Positions 23,245 to 33,293 of a stretch of DNA of 48,563 nucleotides are shown here, in pieces. Position 1 is the stretch's first letter. Each line of letters starts with the position of its first letter. The translations under genes and the position numbers were made by a program. The stretch is from positions 1 through 48,563 of the IMG/VR virus record IMGVR_UViG_3300005996_000002; one strand, 5' to 3'. This DNA is from a virus. The notes beneath the pieces were generated by a model. It worked only from the letters and a program-made list of their open reading frames with translations. It was not told the DNA's origin and ran no database searches.

Positions 23245-24523
23245 AACACTCTCGGATGCACAGTGCCGGGCGCTGCTCCACGATTGGAAGTTCCTGGCGC
23301 GCGAACAGCAACTGGCACCGGATGGGGATTGGCAGACGTGGCTGATCCTCGCAGGCCGAGGGTTTGGTAAGACACGCACCGGGGCAGAGTGGGTTCGCCA
23401 GCAGGTTCAAAGGGGAGTGGGGCGGATTGCCCTGATCGCCCCGACCGCTGCCGATGCGCGGGATGTTATGGTTGAAGGCGAGAGTGGATTGCTCTCGGTA
23501 TGTTGGGCCGGTGACAAGACCTTGAACGGGGATGTTCTGGGACGCCCGGCCTATCAGCCTTCCAACCGCCGGCTGACATGGGCGAACGGGGCGACGGCGA
23601 CGTGTTTCTCGGCAGAAGAACCGGAACGCCTTCGCGGTCCACAGCATGAGGTGGGCTGGGCTGATGAGTTGGCGGCCTGGCGGAACCTGAAAGACACCTG
23701 GGACATGTACATGTTCGGGCTCAGGCTCGGCGATGATCCCCGAACCTGCATCACGACGACGCCGAAACCATCGCCAACACTGCGCCAGATCCTCAAGGAT
23801 GCCCGTACAGTCGTTACGAGGGGTTCGACGTTCGACAATGCCGGGAACCTCGCCCCGACGTTCCTGAAGGCAATACGGGACAAATACGAGGGCACCCGGC
23901 TTGGCCGGCAGGAACTGAACGCCGAACTGCTTGATGATGTGCCTGGCGCTCTTTGGACGCGGGACATGATCGACGCGGCTCAGGTCCGATCGATACCGGA
24001 TATGCAGCGCATCGTGGTTGCGGTCGATCCGAGCGGAACGGCAGGCGAAAGCGACGAGGGCGACAGCATCGGTATCGTGGTGGCTGGGTTGGGCGTGGAC
24101 GGGCTGGGCTATGTCCTCGCAGACCGGACATGCAAGCTCTCCCCGGACGGATGGGGCAGGCGGGCAGTTGCCGCCTATCATGAATTTGGCGCTGACAGGA
24201 TCGTTGCAGAACGGAACTTCGGCGGCGCCATGGTCGAGCACGTCATTCGGACGGTCGACAAGACCGTATCATACAAGGAAGTCGTGGCCAGCCGCGGCAA
24301 GGTTGCTCGGGCTGAACCCGTTGCCGCTCTCTATGAGCAGGGCAAGGTCAAGCACCATGGCTCAATGCCGGAATTGGAAGACCAGATGTGCAACATCGCC
24401 TCGGATGGATATGTCGGGGAGGGTTCGCCTGACCGGGCCGATGCTGCGGTCTGGTCGCTGACTGAGTTGATGCTGAACGATCAGGCCGAGGCATTCTTCT
24501 ACCTGTCCAAGAGGCACCGCTGA
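23174..24523 (+). CDS. terL: Terminase large subunit
   Basis: Walker A AGRGFGKT, plus downstream ATPase and nuclease regions. The start is uncertain because the ORF overlaps terS by 70 nt. Confidence 0.9.
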   Translation: MHEASLNLSSLVSLPPEVRTAALRTLSDAQCRALLHDWKFLAREQQLAPDGDWQTWLILAGRGFGKTRTGAEWVRQQVQRGVGRIALIAPTAADARDVMVEGESGLLSVCWAGDKTLNGDVLGRPAYQPSNRRLTWANGATATCFSAEEPERLRGPQHEVGWADELAAWRNLKDTWDMYMFGLRLGDDPRTCITTTPKPSPTLRQILKDARTVVTRGSTFDNAGNLAPTFLKAIRDKYEGTRLGRQELNAELLDDVPGALWTRDMIDAAQVRSIPDMQRIVVAVDPSGTAGESDEGDSIGIVVAGLGVDGLGYVLADRTCKLSPDGWGRRAVAAYHEFGADRIVAERNFGGAMVEHVIRTVDKTVSYKEVVASRGKVARAEPVAALYEQGKVKHHGSMPELEDQMCNIASDGYVGEGSPDRADAAVWSLTELMLNDQAEAFFYLSKRHR

Positions 24524-25908
24524 TGAACCCGATCGCACTGATGGTCAACGCGGCCCGCCGACTTGAAACCATGTTTCCGGGCTATTTCCCCGGCACGAAG
24601 CACAACCACGCGCGCGACTTCGGATGGCCGGAGCATCTGACCTTTACGCAGCTCTACCAGATGTACCTGCGCAACGGCATCGCTCACGCTGGGGTCGAGA
24701 AGACGATCCTCAAGACATGGCAGGATGCACCGTTCCTGCTCGACCATGAGCGGGACGGGTCCGAAGGGGCCGACAAGAAGGAAACGCCGCTCGAGCTTGA
24801 GATCCGGCAGCGGTTCGATGATCTGCGCGTCTGGCAGCATCTTGCCGAGACTGATCGCCGCTCGCTGGTTGGCAACTATTCCGGCGCAATCCTTCGCCTG
24901 GCAGACAGCAAGCGCTTTCAGGAGCCGGTTGACCGGGTTCCGGGCGGGCTTGATGGTCTGGTCGAGATCATCCCGGCGTGGGAAGGGCAGTTGACCGTCG
25001 CCGAATGGGACACAGACGAGACTTCTGACGCCTACGGGCAGCCGAAGATGTTTCAGTTCAATGAGGCGCAGCTTCAAAAGGGCAATGAGGTCAACAAGAC
25101 ACGCCAGTTCATGCTGCACCCGGACCGGGTTCTGATCTGGTCCAAGGATGGCACGGTTCACGGCACGTCGCTGCTTGAGGCCGGATATAACGACCTGATC
25201 GACCTTGAAAAGATCAAGGGCGCGGGTGGCGAGGGCTTCTGGAAAAACGCCAAGAGCGCGCCGGTCCTGCAGGTCGACAAGGAGACCAAATTGGCCGAGA
25301 TGGCGAAGGCCATGGGCACCACGGCGTCCGACCTTGGCGACAAGATCAGCGATCAGGTCGAAGACTGGCAGAAGGGCTTTGATCAGTTGCTCATGCTGCA
25401 GGGCATGGAAGCCAAGACCCTGGGCGTGACGCTGCCGAGCCCTGAGCACTTCTGGGCTGCACCGCTGCAGTCCTTCGCCGCCTCGATCCCGATCCCGCTC
25501 AAGATCCTCGTGGGATCGCAGTCGGGCGAACGGGCATCGACGGAAGACGCCAACGAATGGGCGCAGACCAACACGTCGCGTCGGGCAAGCCAGACCATTC
25601 CGAACATCATGGCGCTGGTCAGGCGGCTTGAGCGGTTCGGCATACTGCCTGAGAAGGACTGGTATCTGGACTGGGCAAGCCTGCTTGATCCGAGCCCGAC
25701 AGAGAAGATCGACCGCGCCGGCAAGATGGCGGAGATCAACGCCAAGATGCAGTCCAGTGGCGAGATTGTTTTCACTCACGAAGAGATCCGCGCCGTCGGC
25801 GACTATGAGCCGTTGAGCGATGCCGAGAAGTTCCGGGATGATCCCGATGATGAGCGAGACGCGATCACGCCTCCGGGCGCGGTGACCGAACCAGAAGACG
25901 AGGAATAG
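24523..25908 (+). CDS. Portal protein (DUF1073-type by recollection)
   Basis: 461 aa immediately after terL (TGATG overlap), with an acidic C-terminus. Called from position and size. Confidence 0.8.
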   Translation: MNPIALMVNAARRLETMFPGYFPGTKHNHARDFGWPEHLTFTQLYQMYLRNGIAHAGVEKTILKTWQDAPFLLDHERDGSEGADKKETPLELEIRQRFDDLRVWQHLAETDRRSLVGNYSGAILRLADSKRFQEPVDRVPGGLDGLVEIIPAWEGQLTVAEWDTDETSDAYGQPKMFQFNEAQLQKGNEVNKTRQFMLHPDRVLIWSKDGTVHGTSLLEAGYNDLIDLEKIKGAGGEGFWKNAKSAPVLQVDKETKLAEMAKAMGTTASDLGDKISDQVEDWQKGFDQLLMLQGMEAKTLGVTLPSPEHFWAAPLQSFAASIPIPLKILVGSQSGERASTEDANEWAQTNTSRRASQTIPNIMALVRRLERFGILPEKDWYLDWASLLDPSPTEKIDRAGKMAEINAKMQSSGEIVFTHEEIRAVGDYEPLSDAEKFRDDPDDERDAITPPGAVTEPEDEE

Positions 25909-25913
25909 GCCCT

Positions 25914-26114
25914 ATGAAGCGATACGTGACGATCAGCCGATGGAATGGCGATCTGGACCGGGAATGCCCCGCTGTCGATTGCCTCGCCGCCACGGTGCTG
26001 GAGAGCGACAAGACCCCCATCAACACTGGCCTCGTTGATGCCCATGGCAACGCGATCATGTCGGTGCAGGAAACCGGCACGTTCGGGTTCATCAAACTCA
26101 AGGAACGGACATGA
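25914..26114 (+). CDS. Hypothetical protein (66 aa)
   Basis: Short ORF between the portal and scaffold genes, ATGA-coupled downstream. Confidence 0.5.
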   Translation: MKRYVTISRWNGDLDRECPAVDCLAATVLESDKTPINTGLVDAHGNAIMSVQETGTFGFIKLKERT

Positions 26115-27235
26115 CCAAGACAATCCGCGTCAATGTGCGCTCGCTGGCCAATGTCGCCGCCGTCCGCAAGGAAAAGCGCAACGGCCGGGACGTGGTGATC
26201 GTGCCATCGGCCACGCTGCCCGACGACATTGTCATGAATTCGATCAAGTATCCCGCTGCCGAGATCGCCAAGTCTTTCATGACCCTGAACCGGACCCCGG
26301 CACCGTTCGGCCACCCGCTGGTCAATGGCAAGTTCGTTTCGGCCCGTGACCCGGAAGGGATCAACGTCGGCTATATCGGGGCATGGAACGAAAACGTGCG
26401 CCAGGAAGGTGGCCGGGTGCTTCTCGACAAGGTGATTGATGTAGAGGTCGCCAATCGGACACAGAACGGCAAGGACGTGCTGAACGCCATCGACAAGGGC
26501 GAGCCGGTCCACACGTCCACAGGTCTGCTGTGCGAGCTTGGCGCCGCCAACGGTTCGGATCACAAGCACACCGCGACCAACATCATCTTTGACCACGACG
26601 CTATCTTGATCAACGAGGATGGCGCGGCCACCCCTGACCAGGGCGTCGGCATGCTGGTCAACGCCTCGGGCGAGGCAGAAGAAATCGAGGTCATCAATTC
26701 GGCTCTGAGCGAGGCGGATCGTGATCTGGACTGGGCGCTGGATTCAGCCGTCCGGGCTCTTGAGAAGCGCCAGCGCGCGCCGATCATGGAGCGACTGAAG
26801 ACCGCACTTATCGAAGCCTTTGCCGGTGTCGAGCGGGAACCCTCTATCAACACGAAGGAGAACGACATGACTGTTTCCAAAGAACAGTTTGATGCCCTCT
26901 CTGAGGAGGTCAAGACCCTCTCGGATGGCATTGGAAAGACGATTGGCGAGGCCGTCGCGAACGCGGTCAAGCCGCTGACGGACAATCTGGAAGCTCTCCA
27001 GAATGCCCAGAAGGCAAAGGACGAGGCCGAACTCTCCGGTCTGGTCGCCAAGATCGTCAAGGCCAACATCCTTGACGAGGAGTCGGCCAAGGAACTGACC
27101 CTCAATGCGGCGCGCAAGCTCGCTGAGAAGGCCGCTCCGGGCAAGGCCGCTGCGCTCAACGGCGCATTCAAAGGCACTGACGGCGATGACGAGTTCGCCG
27201 ACATGGACCTCAACGCTGGCATGGAGGCCAAGTAA
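26111..27235 (+). CDS. Scaffold / head-maturation protein (DUF2213-like)
   Basis: Globular N-terminal domain followed by a long A/E/K-rich helical C-terminus. Located between the portal and capsid genes. Confidence 0.7.
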   Translation: MTKTIRVNVRSLANVAAVRKEKRNGRDVVIVPSATLPDDIVMNSIKYPAAEIAKSFMTLNRTPAPFGHPLVNGKFVSARDPEGINVGYIGAWNENVRQEGGRVLLDKVIDVEVANRTQNGKDVLNAIDKGEPVHTSTGLLCELGAANGSDHKHTATNIIFDHDAILINEDGAATPDQGVGMLVNASGEAEEIEVINSALSEADRDLDWALDSAVRALEKRQRAPIMERLKTALIEAFAGVEREPSINTKENDMTVSKEQFDALSEEVKTLSDGIGKTIGEAVANAVKPLTDNLEALQNAQKAKDEAELSGLVAKIVKANILDEESAKELTLNAARKLAEKAAPGKAAALNGAFKGTDGDDEFADMDLNAGMEAK

Positions 27236-27236
27236 C

Positions 27237-27686
27237 ATGGCTGGAAACGTCATCTATCGCGGCCCTGTCACCTCTGGTTGGCAGCCCCGCACCGTCTCTG
27301 ACAAGCCTGTGGCCGGCGCTTATCTGCCGGGTACGTTTGTCGAGGAAACCGCAACCGAGCTGGTCCAGCTGACCACCGCTCTGGCGAAGCTGCCCATGAT
27401 CCTCTCCAACATGGAGTTCAAGGATCAGGACATCGACACCGCCTATGCCGATGAAGATACCGGCGTGGCCTATCACATCGAGCCGGGTCAGGTTTACCAG
27501 TGCCGCATGGCAGCTGCGACCTATGCCAAGGATGCCCCGCTGACCATCGGCGCTGCCGGCCGTCTTACGGCGGCTACCGCCGCCACGCCGGTTGTCGCGT
27601 TCTTCTCGGACACCCCCGGAGCCTACTCCGCTGGTGATCTGGCTGATGTCGTGATCGCCAACACCTACACCGTTCCGGCCGCATAA
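27237..27686 (+). CDS. Head structural/decoration-like protein (149 aa from MAGNVIY)
   Basis: The ATG at 27237 is 2 nt after the upstream stop. Small Ala-rich beta-type protein directly upstream of the capsid gene. Confidence 0.6.
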   Translation: MAGNVIYRGPVTSGWQPRTVSDKPVAGAYLPGTFVEETATELVQLTTALAKLPMILSNMEFKDQDIDTAYADEDTGVAYHIEPGQVYQCRMAAATYAKDAPLTIGAAGRLTAATAATPVVAFFSDTPGAYSAGDLADVVIANTYTVPAA

Positions 27687-27697
27687 GGAGAACCGAT

Positions 27698-28687
27698 ATG
27701 CTGCGATTTACACCTGAACAGCAGGCGTTCGTCCTTGCCAACCGCCGGGAGTTCAATACCCGGCAGTCGGCAATTGCCAACGCACACGGTCAGATCCTGA
27801 TCGGCAACGCACTGCCACTCCCCAGGGATGTCTGGGGTCAGTGGGACCGCGAAGGCATCGAAGTGCAGCGCGATATCCTCGCTGTCTTCAACGACCTGTC
27901 GGCGTCGGTATCCACTCCGATGCCGATCGGCAAGCTGGTCCACCACTTCCAGACAATCTCGGACAGTGGTTCGGTCAACAAGTCCCTGGACGGTCGTTCC
28001 AAGGCTCGCACCGATCAGCCTGTGTTTGAGTATCACGGCACCCCGCTGCCCATTTTGGACTCCACGTTCAGCTATGGTTGGCGCCAGGTTGCCGCCGCCC
28101 AGACTGAAGGCTTCCAGCTTGACGCCGCGGCCCGGACCAATGCCATGCGCAAGGTGGCCGAGGAACTGGAAACCCAGACCCTCGACGGTGATGCCGGCAT
28201 CGTTGTCGGCGGCGATCAGCTTTATGGCCTTCGCAACCACCCGAACCGGAATACCCGGGCCACGACCAACGACCTGAACGCATGCACGGGGCCGGAATGG
28301 CTTGCCGACGTGAACGCAACGCTTGCGCTGCTTCATGCCGACAACTTCTATTCCCCGGCCACGCTGTATGTGAACTGGGCAGACTGGCGCTATGCCACTT
28401 CGACCGACTATTCCACGCAGTATGCGGGCAAGACCATTGCCCAGCGGATCATGGAAGACTCGGGCGTTGCGGCCATCGTGCCATCGTCCAAGGTTGCGGC
28501 CGACGAGATCATTGCGGTGATCAAGGACCGTCGTGTCCTCCAGGTTCTCAATGGCATGCCGATGACCACCCGCGCTCAATTCCGGGCCAATCCGGAAGAC
28601 GAGTACAATTTTGTGACCATGGCCGCCGCGGCTCTGGAGATCAAATTTGATGCGGATGGTCAGTGCGGTATCGCGCATTCGACCTGA
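27698..28687 (+). CDS. Major capsid protein (HK97-fold, DUF2184/encapsulin-like family by recollection)
   Basis: 329 aa at the canonical position, followed by a strong hairpin. Confidence 0.85.
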   Translation: MLRFTPEQQAFVLANRREFNTRQSAIANAHGQILIGNALPLPRDVWGQWDREGIEVQRDILAVFNDLSASVSTPMPIGKLVHHFQTISDSGSVNKSLDGRSKARTDQPVFEYHGTPLPILDSTFSYGWRQVAAAQTEGFQLDAAARTNAMRKVAEELETQTLDGDAGIVVGGDQLYGLRNHPNRNTRATTNDLNACTGPEWLADVNATLALLHADNFYSPATLYVNWADWRYATSTDYSTQYAGKTIAQRIMEDSGVAAIVPSSKVAADEIIAVIKDRRVLQVLNGMPMTTRAQFRANPEDEYNFVTMAAAALEIKFDADGQCGIAHST

Positions 28688-28702
28688 TCGTGACGATCCA
28701 TT

Positions 28703-28730
28703 GACGGGGCTGTAGCGGCCCCGTCTTCAC
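28703..28730 (+). terminator. Hairpin after the capsid gene (attenuator/terminator candidate)
   Basis: GACGGGGC (28703-28710) pairs with GCCCCGTC (28718-28725) over a 7-nt loop, followed by TTCAC. The U-tract is weak. Confidence 0.5.
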
Positions 28731-28735
28731 CCTCA

Positions 28736-29092
28736 ATGGAGAATGAAGATATGAAAATGGAAGTCACACGCCGCGGCGTCTATGACGCGAAGGGTAAGAT
28801 GATCGAGGTTGGGACCGTGGTCGATGTCAAAGGCGACAAGGTTCCCGGCTATCTGCTGAACAAGGCCACCGAGGTCAAGTCCGGCAAGACTGCCGTGACC
28901 AATCCCGCCAAGAACCCGGTTCAGCAGACCGTGGGCTATGCCGTGGCCGAGAAGTCGCCGGGCTGGTTTGTCGTTACCAAGGACGGCGCCGAGATCAGCA
29001 AGTCGCTGCGCAAGTCGGATCTCGACGGCTTCGATGCCATGAGCGACGAGGACAAGGCAGCCTTCGCCGATCTGCACAAGGCGGAAGCCTGA
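28736..29092 (+). CDS. Hypothetical head-associated protein (118 aa)
   Basis: ORF in the late operon. The start could instead be the MKMEV codon a few codons in. Confidence 0.55.
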   Translation: MENEDMKMEVTRRGVYDAKGKMIEVGTVVDVKGDKVPGYLLNKATEVKSGKTAVTNPAKNPVQQTVGYAVAEKSPGWFVVTKDGAEISKSLRKSDLDGFDAMSDEDKAAFADLHKAEA

Positions 29093-29095
29093 GCC

Positions 29096-29302
29096 ATGGA
29101 TCGCATGCCGAGCACCGCGAGTGAGGTTCAATTCCATTTGGACCGTCTCGACGCATGGTTCCGCGACCTTTGGGAGGTAAAAGACATGGACCTCCATATG
29201 TGCGACGGGACCGTGAAGGAAGGGCAGCGCGGGACGCTTCTGAACATTCGAGACGACGTGCGCGTGTTGCGCGCGGAACTCGCCAAGCATCGGAAGGCCT
29301 GA
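29096..29302 (+). CDS. Hypothetical protein (68 aa)
   Basis: ORF in late operon register. Confidence 0.5.
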   Translation: MDRMPSTASEVQFHLDRLDAWFRDLWEVKDMDLHMCDGTVKEGQRGTLLNIRDDVRVLRAELAKHRKA

Positions 29303-29305
29303 TCC

Positions 29306-29758
29306 ATGTATGGTGACCTGGCAGGTTTCAGGGAATACGCAACGGCACGGGGCAACAGCGCCCCGGCCGACGCCGTTGATGCCGACGCTACGGCTGCACT
29401 GGCCCGTGCATCCGACATGATCCGGCTGCGCTATGTCCCGAACCTGTTGCCGGGCTATGGCGTCGATTTCACGCCGTCCGGGTCCGATCTGCCGTTGGTC
29501 GAGGAAGCGGCCTATATTGCCGCCGCAATCGAGCTGACCACGCCGGGCTTTTTCGCCAAGACCTATACCGAGGCAGAGAGCAAGGTCTTGACCGGCGTGG
29601 GATCGATCAAATGGACCGTGACGGGCAAGTCGTCGGGCATCTATGCCTACGTGCCTACGTCCAGCCTGATCGACGCGCTGTTCTGGCCGTATGTGGCTGA
29701 TGTCGACGCAAATCAGTTCACGATGATGTCGGTTGGCCGGAGTTCGTGTCTTGAGTGA
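29306..29758 (+). CDS. Head-tail connector/adaptor protein (DnaT_2-like by recollection)
   Basis: MYGDLAGFREYATARGN... is an N-terminus typical of this adaptor family. Position supports the call. Confidence 0.6.
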   Translation: MYGDLAGFREYATARGNSAPADAVDADATAALARASDMIRLRYVPNLLPGYGVDFTPSGSDLPLVEEAAYIAAAIELTTPGFFAKTYTEAESKVLTGVGSIKWTVTGKSSGIYAYVPTSSLIDALFWPYVADVDANQFTMMSVGRSSCLE

Positions 29759-30134
29759 GGATTGGAACGCGATCGCCGCGGAAGTCGACACGGCGCTGAA
29801 ATCCATCGGATCAACCGACGCTGGCTTTCTGGCGACGCTGACACAGACCAGCACCACGGGCGGCGATCCATGGAACCCGGGCAGCGGCACCACGACCACG
29901 ACCACGGTCAACACGTCTGTGGCTATCGTTCTGTCCGAATACCGCAAGGATGAAATTGACAGCACACTTATCCTGTCGAAGGACCGCAAGGTGATGATGA
30001 CGGCCACGGCTGGCGTCGAGCCCAAGCCGTCCGATGTCCTCACGATCTCGGGCGTGGCGCATAACGTGGTGAATGTGTCGCCGCTGTCGCCGGCTGGTGT
30101 GGTCGTGATGTATGAACTTCAGGCGAGGGCGTGA
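29733..30134 (+). CDS. Hypothetical head/tail joining protein (133 aa)
   Basis: ORF in late operon register. The start is uncertain because it overlaps the upstream gene. Confidence 0.55.
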   Translation: MAGVRVLSEDWNAIAAEVDTALKSIGSTDAGFLATLTQTSTTGGDPWNPGSGTTTTTTVNTSVAIVLSEYRKDEIDSTLILSKDRKVMMTATAGVEPKPSDVLTISGVAHNVVNVSPLSPAGVVVMYELQARA

Positions 30135-30177
30135 TGGCTAGGCGCCCGACACCACGCCAGCGGATTGAGGCCGAACG

Positions 30178-31251
30178 ATGCTGAAGCGCCTGTCAGCCCG
30201 CGAAATGCTGGAGCAGTTGGCCGCAGATTGGGAACCCCAAATCCGCGCGGCATGGCTGGCCTCTCTGGCCGATATTTCGTCAAGCATCGTGATCACCCGC
30301 GTGATCGAACGACTTGAACGAAACGACGTGGCCGGCGCGGTGCAGATGCTCAATATCCGCGAGGAAATGTTCGCCCGCGTCGAGGGTGCTATTATCCAGG
30401 CATACAATGCGGGCGGGCTGGCAACGGTCAACAACATGCCCCGCCTCATGGACCCGGAGGGCAACCGCGTTGTGCTGACGTGGGGCGTCCGCAATCTTCA
30501 AGGCGAGCAGGAGCTTCGCCAGCATGCCGCACAGGCCGTTCGTGGCATCGCGACGGACATGCGGGCCGGTATTGCCGAAACGCTCTCAGAGAGCCTTTCT
30601 CGCGGTGACAATCCTACGCGGGCGGTTCGTCAGATCGTCGGAACCGGGAAGATCAACCCGCTCACCGGCACAAGGATGGGCGGCAACCTCGGGCTCACGC
30701 AACGCCAGATGCAGACCACGGCATGGATACGCCGTGCGATGGCAGAGGGCGATACAGCGAAAATGAGGGCCTATCTGGATTTGAGCCCGGCCATTCGGGG
30801 CAGGCGATATTTCGATACGGTCACAAAGGCCATCGCAGAGGGGAAAGCATTCACAGTCGAAAGCGCGAACAAGATCGCTGACACCTATGCCGAACGCGCT
30901 CTGGACTATCGCGGCCGACAACTGGCACTGCACGAAACCCGCATCGCTCTGGACAAGAGCCGCGACGACGCCTTCGCCCAGCAGATCACCGAAGGCAAAC
31001 TTGATCAGCAGGACGTGACCGCAACGTGGTTCCATACCAAGCGGAAGAACCAGCGCGATCAGCATGCAGCCATGGACGGGCAGACAATCGCCTATGGTGA
31101 GAGTTTCATAGCGCCAGACGGCACAATGATCCGCTATCCGCATGACCCGGACGCACCGATTGAGCACACTATCGGCTGCTGGTGCCGGGTAGAGTACAAG
31201 ATCGACTATGCCGGCCGGGCGGCGAGGCGCTACCGGGATGAGCAAGTCTGA
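30178..31251 (+). CDS. Minor head / head-morphogenesis protein (SPP1 gp7 / Mu F-like)
   Basis: The C-terminal DQHAAMDGQTIAYGESF...YPHDP...HTIGCWCRVEY matches the gp7/F signature (H..ldG...F...P...nCrC). Confidence 0.8.
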   Translation: MLKRLSAREMLEQLAADWEPQIRAAWLASLADISSSIVITRVIERLERNDVAGAVQMLNIREEMFARVEGAIIQAYNAGGLATVNNMPRLMDPEGNRVVLTWGVRNLQGEQELRQHAAQAVRGIATDMRAGIAETLSESLSRGDNPTRAVRQIVGTGKINPLTGTRMGGNLGLTQRQMQTTAWIRRAMAEGDTAKMRAYLDLSPAIRGRRYFDTVTKAIAEGKAFTVESANKIADTYAERALDYRGRQLALHETRIALDKSRDDAFAQQITEGKLDQQDVTATWFHTKRKNQRDQHAAMDGQTIAYGESFIAPDGTMIRYPHDPDAPIEHTIGCWCRVEYKIDYAGRAARRYRDEQV

Positions 31252-31706
31252 TGGCTGAGACCTTTGCGGCCCAGATTGGCGATTGGGTGAAGCGCGTTAC
31301 GGGCGCTGAAGAAGCAGTTTTCAAGGAAGCCGCTCAAGAGCTGATGTCGCAGCTCAACTCGCAGATCGAATCCATGATCTACGAGACGCCGGAGACGGAA
31401 GGCTACAAGCGCACAAAGTTCCTGCAAGCCTCGCTGATGGCGTCGAACTCCACGATGCCGCGGCTGAGTGCTGACAATCCAGGTCAGCCGGTATCGCCGA
31501 ACTTCGGACAGATCGAGCTTGTGATCAACAACGCCGAGTTGGGCGATACAATCTATCTCGGCTACACCGCGAAATACGGGCCATATGTTCATTACGGCGC
31601 CAATGGCATGGCTCCCCGCCCGTGGGTGGCCCTTGTGGCGCAGCGGTGGCAACAGATCGTGGCGTCGGTGGTTCCGAAGGTGAAGGCTGCCTACGGGCTG
31701 TCCTGA
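31251..31706 (+). CDS. HK97 gp10-family tail-completion/head-tail joining protein
   Basis: YTAKYGPYVHYG...PRPW resembles the gp10 family motif. Confidence 0.7.
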   Translation: MAETFAAQIGDWVKRVTGAEEAVFKEAAQELMSQLNSQIESMIYETPETEGYKRTKFLQASLMASNSTMPRLSADNPGQPVSPNFGQIELVINNAELGDTIYLGYTAKYGPYVHYGANGMAPRPWVALVAQRWQQIVASVVPKVKAAYGLS

Positions 31707-31749
31707 CCATCTGACATGGGCTCAGGCATCGGCGTGAAGGGATAGCACA

Positions 31750-32175
31750 TTGGCGGCTCACATTGAAACCAAAATAGCCGAGGGGTTTGCCGCCCGGCTT
31801 GCCGCTTTGGTGTTTACCCCGGCGCTGCCGATCGCATGGCCCAATGTGGCATTTACGCCGCCCGCATCGGGCAAATATCTCCGCGCCAACCATCTGCCGA
31901 ACACGACTTCTCAGATCAGCCTCGGAACATCGGGGCAGAACCGGCACATCGGGCTCTATCAGATTGACGTGCTCTGGCCGCTCAATTCCGGAGACACGGC
32001 GCCGAAGGAAATCGCGGGCGCAATCGCAGCCCATTTCAAGCGCGGAACCGAGTTCACCCGTGAAACCGTCCTCATCCGCATTCCATCGCCGCCGTCAATC
32101 GCGCCGGCATTGGTCGGCAGTGCAAGCTATCAGATCCCGGTGACCGTCAGTTACCTGGCAGATGTCGCCAACTAG
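31750..32175 (+). CDS. Tail terminator-like protein (DUF4128-like)
   Basis: 141 aa with a TTG start, located just upstream of the tail tube gene. Confidence 0.6.
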   Translation: MAAHIETKIAEGFAARLAALVFTPALPIAWPNVAFTPPASGKYLRANHLPNTTSQISLGTSGQNRHIGLYQIDVLWPLNSGDTAPKEIAGAIAAHFKRGTEFTRETVLIRIPSPPSIAPALVGSASYQIPVTVSYLADVAN

Positions 32176-32185
32176 GAGAACCCCC

Positions 32186-32371
32186 ATGTCCAAGGTTGAA
32201 ATGCTGGCGCTCCGGCGCTTCCCGCGCATGGATGGGCAGGCAATTCTCCCCATTCGGGAGGGCGAAACATTCATGGCCGATGAAAAGGAAGTCGCGGCGC
32301 TGTCCGCATCCGGCAAGGCTAAGCCGATTGAAACCAAACCGGCTGCCGCGCCGGGCAAGAAAGGATCCTGA
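32186..32371 (+). CDS. Hypothetical protein (61 aa from MSKVEML)
   Basis: The ATG at 32186 is preceded by AGGAGA. Confidence 0.5.
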   Translation: MSKVEMLALRRFPRMDGQAILPIREGETFMADEKEVAALSASGKAKPIETKPAAAPGKKGS

Positions 32372-32373
32372 CA

Positions 32374-33282
32374 ATGGCAACTGGTAGCGATTTCGCGCGC
32401 GATATCTCCTACGTCCCCGAGGTCACGTTCGGCACCACGCCGGGCACACCTTCGATGAAGTTCCTGCGCTTTACCGGCGGGTTTGCCAACATCGAAAAGC
32501 CCGGCTTCGTCTCCGAGGAAATCCGGTCTGACGGGCAGATTGCGGACATGCGCCACGGCATGCGCCGGGTCAACGGCGATCTGGGGTTCGAGCTGTCCTA
32601 TGGGGCGTTCGATGACTGGTTGGAAGCGGCCCTTGGCGGGACATGGACAACCAACGTGCTGAAGGCGGGCCGCACACCGCGGTTCTTCTCGCTTGAGGAA
32701 CGCCATACCGACATCACTCAATATGCGGCGACAACCGGCGTCGTGGTCAACACCTTCTCGCTCAATATCCAGCCCGAGGCGATGGTCACCGGATCTTTCG
32801 GCATCGTGGGGCGCAACCAGTCATGGTCCGGAACTTCGCTTGGCACTCCCACTGCAGCCGGCACCGCTCCGCCGTTCTCCGGCTTCACAGGCGCCATTGA
32901 AGAGGGGGGCGGCGCGGTCGCCAACCTGACGGCGCTTGAATTCAGCATGACGCGAAATGTGGAGCCCATCTTTGTGGTTGGCCCGGCCGACACAGCCAAG
33001 GAGATGAACATCGGGCAGAACGTGCTCACCGGCACAGCGACCTTCCTTCTTGAGGACGCGACGATGATCAACAAGTTCCTCAACGAGGACGAAAGCTCGA
33101 TTGAGGTGACGCTTGACGGGCCTTCCGGGGATGATCTCACGATCTTGATCCCTCGCCTGAAATACACTGGCGCGGCCCGTCAGCGCGGCGTCGGCACATC
33201 AATCGTGGTCTCGATGCCGTTCCAGGCTCTCTATGACAACACCGCGGCGTCGAACATTGTTCTGACCCGCATCCCGGCTTAA
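32374..33282 (+). CDS. Major tail tube protein
   Basis: 302 aa, beta-rich, directly upstream of the chaperone pair and the tape measure gene. Confidence 0.8.
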   Translation: MATGSDFARDISYVPEVTFGTTPGTPSMKFLRFTGGFANIEKPGFVSEEIRSDGQIADMRHGMRRVNGDLGFELSYGAFDDWLEAALGGTWTTNVLKAGRTPRFFSLEERHTDITQYAATTGVVVNTFSLNIQPEAMVTGSFGIVGRNQSWSGTSLGTPTAAGTAPPFSGFTGAIEEGGGAVANLTALEFSMTRNVEPIFVVGPADTAKEMNIGQNVLTGTATFLLEDATMINKFLNEDESSIEVTLDGPSGDDLTILIPRLKYTGAARQRGVGTSIVVSMPFQALYDNTAASNIVLTRIPA

Positions 33283-33293
33283 CAGGAGCTCCC

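Noticed and set aside
22753-23250. Search for a BrnT-type toxin gene partnering the BrnA-like ORF.
   Set aside because: No minus-strand ORF of suitable size exists upstream of 22752. The space is occupied by terS on the other strand. No BrnT-like sequence was noticed elsewhere in the window.
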